From assembly GCF_006345805.1 (NCBI RefSeq), contig NW_021825740.1, positions 1-14,631 of the forward strand: 14,631 nucleotides of DNA, given 5' to 3'. Below, piece by piece: positions 11,958 to 14,631 of the stretch; the first letter of the stretch is position 1; each line of letters opens with the position of its first letter. Made by a program: the position numbers and the translations under genes. Origin of the DNA: Octopus sinensis. Lineage: Eukaryota. The notes beneath the pieces were generated by a model, which made no database searches, was not told where the DNA came from, and saw only the letters and a program-made list of their open reading frames with translations.

Positions 11958-12008
11958 GATAGAGAGAAATAGATGAGTAGATAGATAGATAGATATATAG
12001 ATAGATAA

Positions 12009-12075
<67 letters not shown>

Positions 12076-12098
12076 TAAATATATAGATAGATAGATAA
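11958..12098. repeat. (GATA)n microsatellite on the + strand
   Basis: About 30 AGAT units with AAAT/ATAT variants. Confidence 0.95.
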
Positions 12099-12759
12099 AT
12101 AAATTAGCTAGCTAGTATGAATTCCGAACCTAAAATGACTAATGATACGGCAAATTTTGTCTGTTCCCAAAAGCAGGCTATCATACAAATTGAAATCTTC
12201 CCAAACCAGATGGTTGCCATTAACTGGCAGCTAGTTATTTAAATAGTTAATTACTTAATTAGTAAGTTAGATTGTAAAGTGCATAATGACACAGAAGCGT
12301 CGGAGTCCCGATGTGTCAGTAATCCACGTGATGCGAAATCATCCAATCGAGAGATGAAGCACCGGAGAGATATAGGGAAGTTAACACACTGAGGCGTATT
12401 TTCATAAACCAAATTCAAAGAGTTCCATTGAACCATTATCGATTGCGTTTATAGCAAAATTAAGACCTTATATTTACATTCTTGAAGATCTACCCCGACT
12501 CAGACATCAAATGTTCTCCCTTGCCTGGACATTCTCAGGACACTTCTAGATAACTATAGAGAAGAATGTTTCAGTCGACGCCCTTTTACCCGGAGATACT
12601 GATTTCTAAATGATATAAAATAATGTGCTATTTCTTTTAAAGGACAACAGACTAGCTTGACAGCACATCGAGAAAAGAGAGAGAGGGACCTAACTGTTTG
12701 TAGTGCTTGACGTAAGATTACAATATAACCCCACTCTGAAGAGGACCCCAGTCCGTTTC

Positions 12760-12853
12760 ACGATTGGCTGCCTTCCAAAAGCTATTGCTGGTCCTAATCT
12801 ACAGGTGATGAGTGACCTGAGGCTAAATAACAACAGCAACAACAACAACAACA
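12760..12853 (+). mobile_element. Second (AAC)n-tailed retroelement 3' end, inverted relative to 11372-11470
   Basis: gacctgaggctaaataacaacagcaacaacaacaacaaca; the reverse complement shares tttagcctca plus the GTT tail with the 11372 copy. Confidence 0.5.
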
Positions 12854-12871
12854 TGAGTAAGGCATTCAATG

Positions 12872-12922
12872 TGAGTGTGTGTGTTTGTGTTCATATCTAT
12901 GAATGCGTGTGTGTGTGTGCGT
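12872..12922. repeat. Degenerate (TG)n
   Basis: Seen directly. Confidence 0.8.
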
Positions 12923-12980
12923 TTGGAAGCATGGTATGTTGTGACAGTGCGGGAGTTTCTGTGCATGTACTCTATTTTAG

Positions 12981-13019
12981 GGGCCGTATAAATTGGCCCC
13001 TATTGCTTGTGGTGTCCAG
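12981..13019 (+). other. Candidate 39-nt micro-exon
   Basis: Acceptor tctattttag|G at 12980, perfect donor CAG|GTAAGT at 13019/13020, and a length divisible by 3. It is open in phase 0 (GPYKLAPIACGVQ) and phase 1 (xGRINWPLLLVVSx). No homology recognised. Confidence 0.25.
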
Positions 13020-13097
13020 GTAAGTTTGACGAATATTTACCAAAGGTAAGATAAGTTTTTCCTGACAAATGAAAGCCTTTTTTTCTCCCTTCTGCAT

Positions 13098-13114
13098 GTA
13101 TGCGTGTGTGCATG

Positions 13115-13151
<37 letters not shown>

Positions 13152-13310
13152 GTCATATTGAGTGTGCATGTGTGTGAGTGTGTGTGTGTGTGTGAGTGGT
13201 TATGTCTATGAATGCATGAATGTGTGTGTATAAGCATGCAATCAGAAGATCGTGGGAAAGTCGTATTGCGTATATGAGTATATTAAATATTTGTGTGTGT
13301 GTGTGTCTGT
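13098..13310. repeat. (TG)n microsatellite cluster
   Basis: Pure TG at 13117-13149 with degenerate TG tracts on both sides. Confidence 0.9.
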
Positions 13311-14631
13311 GTGATCTGTCTGTCTTGAAGAAAGGAAGGAAGGATTGTAGTACAATTCCAGTCGGTTAGATTGACAAATATTGTGCTAAGCAATCAGATT
13401 CCGTTCCGTCTTTGGTTTCCAAAACAACCAATCACAACACGTTTAATTATTAACAACACTGCTCTATATATCAACATGTAATGATAAATTAACTCTGTTT
13501 GTGGGTCTACAACTCTGTCAGATGCATAGACTTGTCCTCTGACAATTCATTTTCCTTAGACATTTTATACAAAGACTTTCTCCGCCATATTCTGCTGTCT
13601 CTGCATATTCTACACCCTAATTACGGATTGAGTTTTCGAAGTGGTTTGCCGTTCGGCTCATCTCTCGATATTAAGCTTCGACAGGGAAATGATCCTCAAT
13701 ATTGGATTATACTGAGACAGACAATATTTTTGTGGACATAAATAGAGGCGTCATAGTTTCAGTCCCATGCTGGGATTTCACCACTTGCTGAATACCCAAG
13801 AATAAAATTAATCAGCCTATTACCAAGTTATTAATTAAACTAGTCACTCAGAATTAGTCAATCCGATTTACTTAAACTTGTAGTAATCGGGATTAAAGGC
13901 GCATGTGTTGGAGAATAGGTTAAAAGAGCAAAACCTCTCTGGTGATACCTCAAAATGGGACGGAAGCGAGTTCGGATCCCTCTTCATTTCTACACGCGGA
14001 AATATTGTGTATACAGACAAGATGTTTACATTTATCTATATACATACAGTACTAGTTATAAATCTACATATATCTGGTGAAGTACGGTACAACCTGTGTA
14101 TAGTTTATAGAGGTTAGTCCGCCTTTTTGACCGTGGACAAAATTTTGCGACCTTATCCCCAAACAGAACCTGAGTCCTCTGTAGTATAAGGAACTTCGAA
14201 GTAAGTAAATAAGGAGGCGACAGTTCGGTAGATGAGTATCATAGAGCAGAGGAAAAGAAGACGACGGCTCCAGAGAGCGGACGTTCGAGGAAATTAGCGA
14301 TTAGAATCAAAGAACTTATGAGTAACTGGAACTTCAACAGAGAAATGAGGCCTTGGTATTTACCATTGTCAGAATGCACCACTGGTGTTCTAACGCCTAA
14401 TGTGTTACGAGATTCAGCAACTTTATACAGATTTCTCATGCTACACACACACACACACAGAAGGGTTATTGCGAAGTAGCTTAACGTTACCTTCAATTCC
14501 TCTGTATACATAAATACAGCCTGAACAGACCTACATATGTTTCTAGAGCATCGGTTAGTAATCGTTGCAATTGCAACCTTACTGTGAGGACCAAATCTTG
14601 GTCCTCTGCAAAGATTTCGGTGCGTAAGTTC

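Noticed and set aside
13484-13546. Minus-strand peptide IVRGQVYASDRVVDPQTELIY, faintly like the RTE endonuclease motif IQVYAPT
   Set aside because: Only QVYA matches, the frame is riddled with stops, and no other endonuclease or RT motifs are nearby. BLASTx against Repbase would settle it.
14172-14206. Possible 16-nt micro-exon (ctctgtag ... GAA|GTAAGT)
   Set aside because: Frameshifting length and weak acceptor; no supporting context.

Overview
AT-rich eukaryotic non-coding DNA (intron or intergenic). It is most likely from a coleoid cephalopod (Octopus-like), inferred from very dense (TA)n, (ATCT)n, (AAT)n, (ACT)n and (AAC)n microsatellites and from degenerate tRNA-derived SINE copies that resemble an Octopus SINE consensus recalled from memory, not searched. 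No protein-coding gene, intact tRNA/rRNA, CRISPR array or intact transposase/RT ORF can be supported. Nearly all listed ORFs are microsatellite translation artefacts (YIYI, LSIY, poly-I/T/S). The most structured parts are: (i) a co-oriented cluster of about 5-7 decayed SINE copies separated by trinucleotide or C-rich spacers (~2835-4990); (ii) a ~960 bp compound ATCT array with higher-order structure; (iii) a higher-complexity right end (~12100-14631) with a candidate 39-nt micro-exon whose acceptor AG lies in a GC-rich hairpin, CCAAT boxes and palindromes. I see no convincing evidence of a novel biological system; all findings are modest, testable leads.
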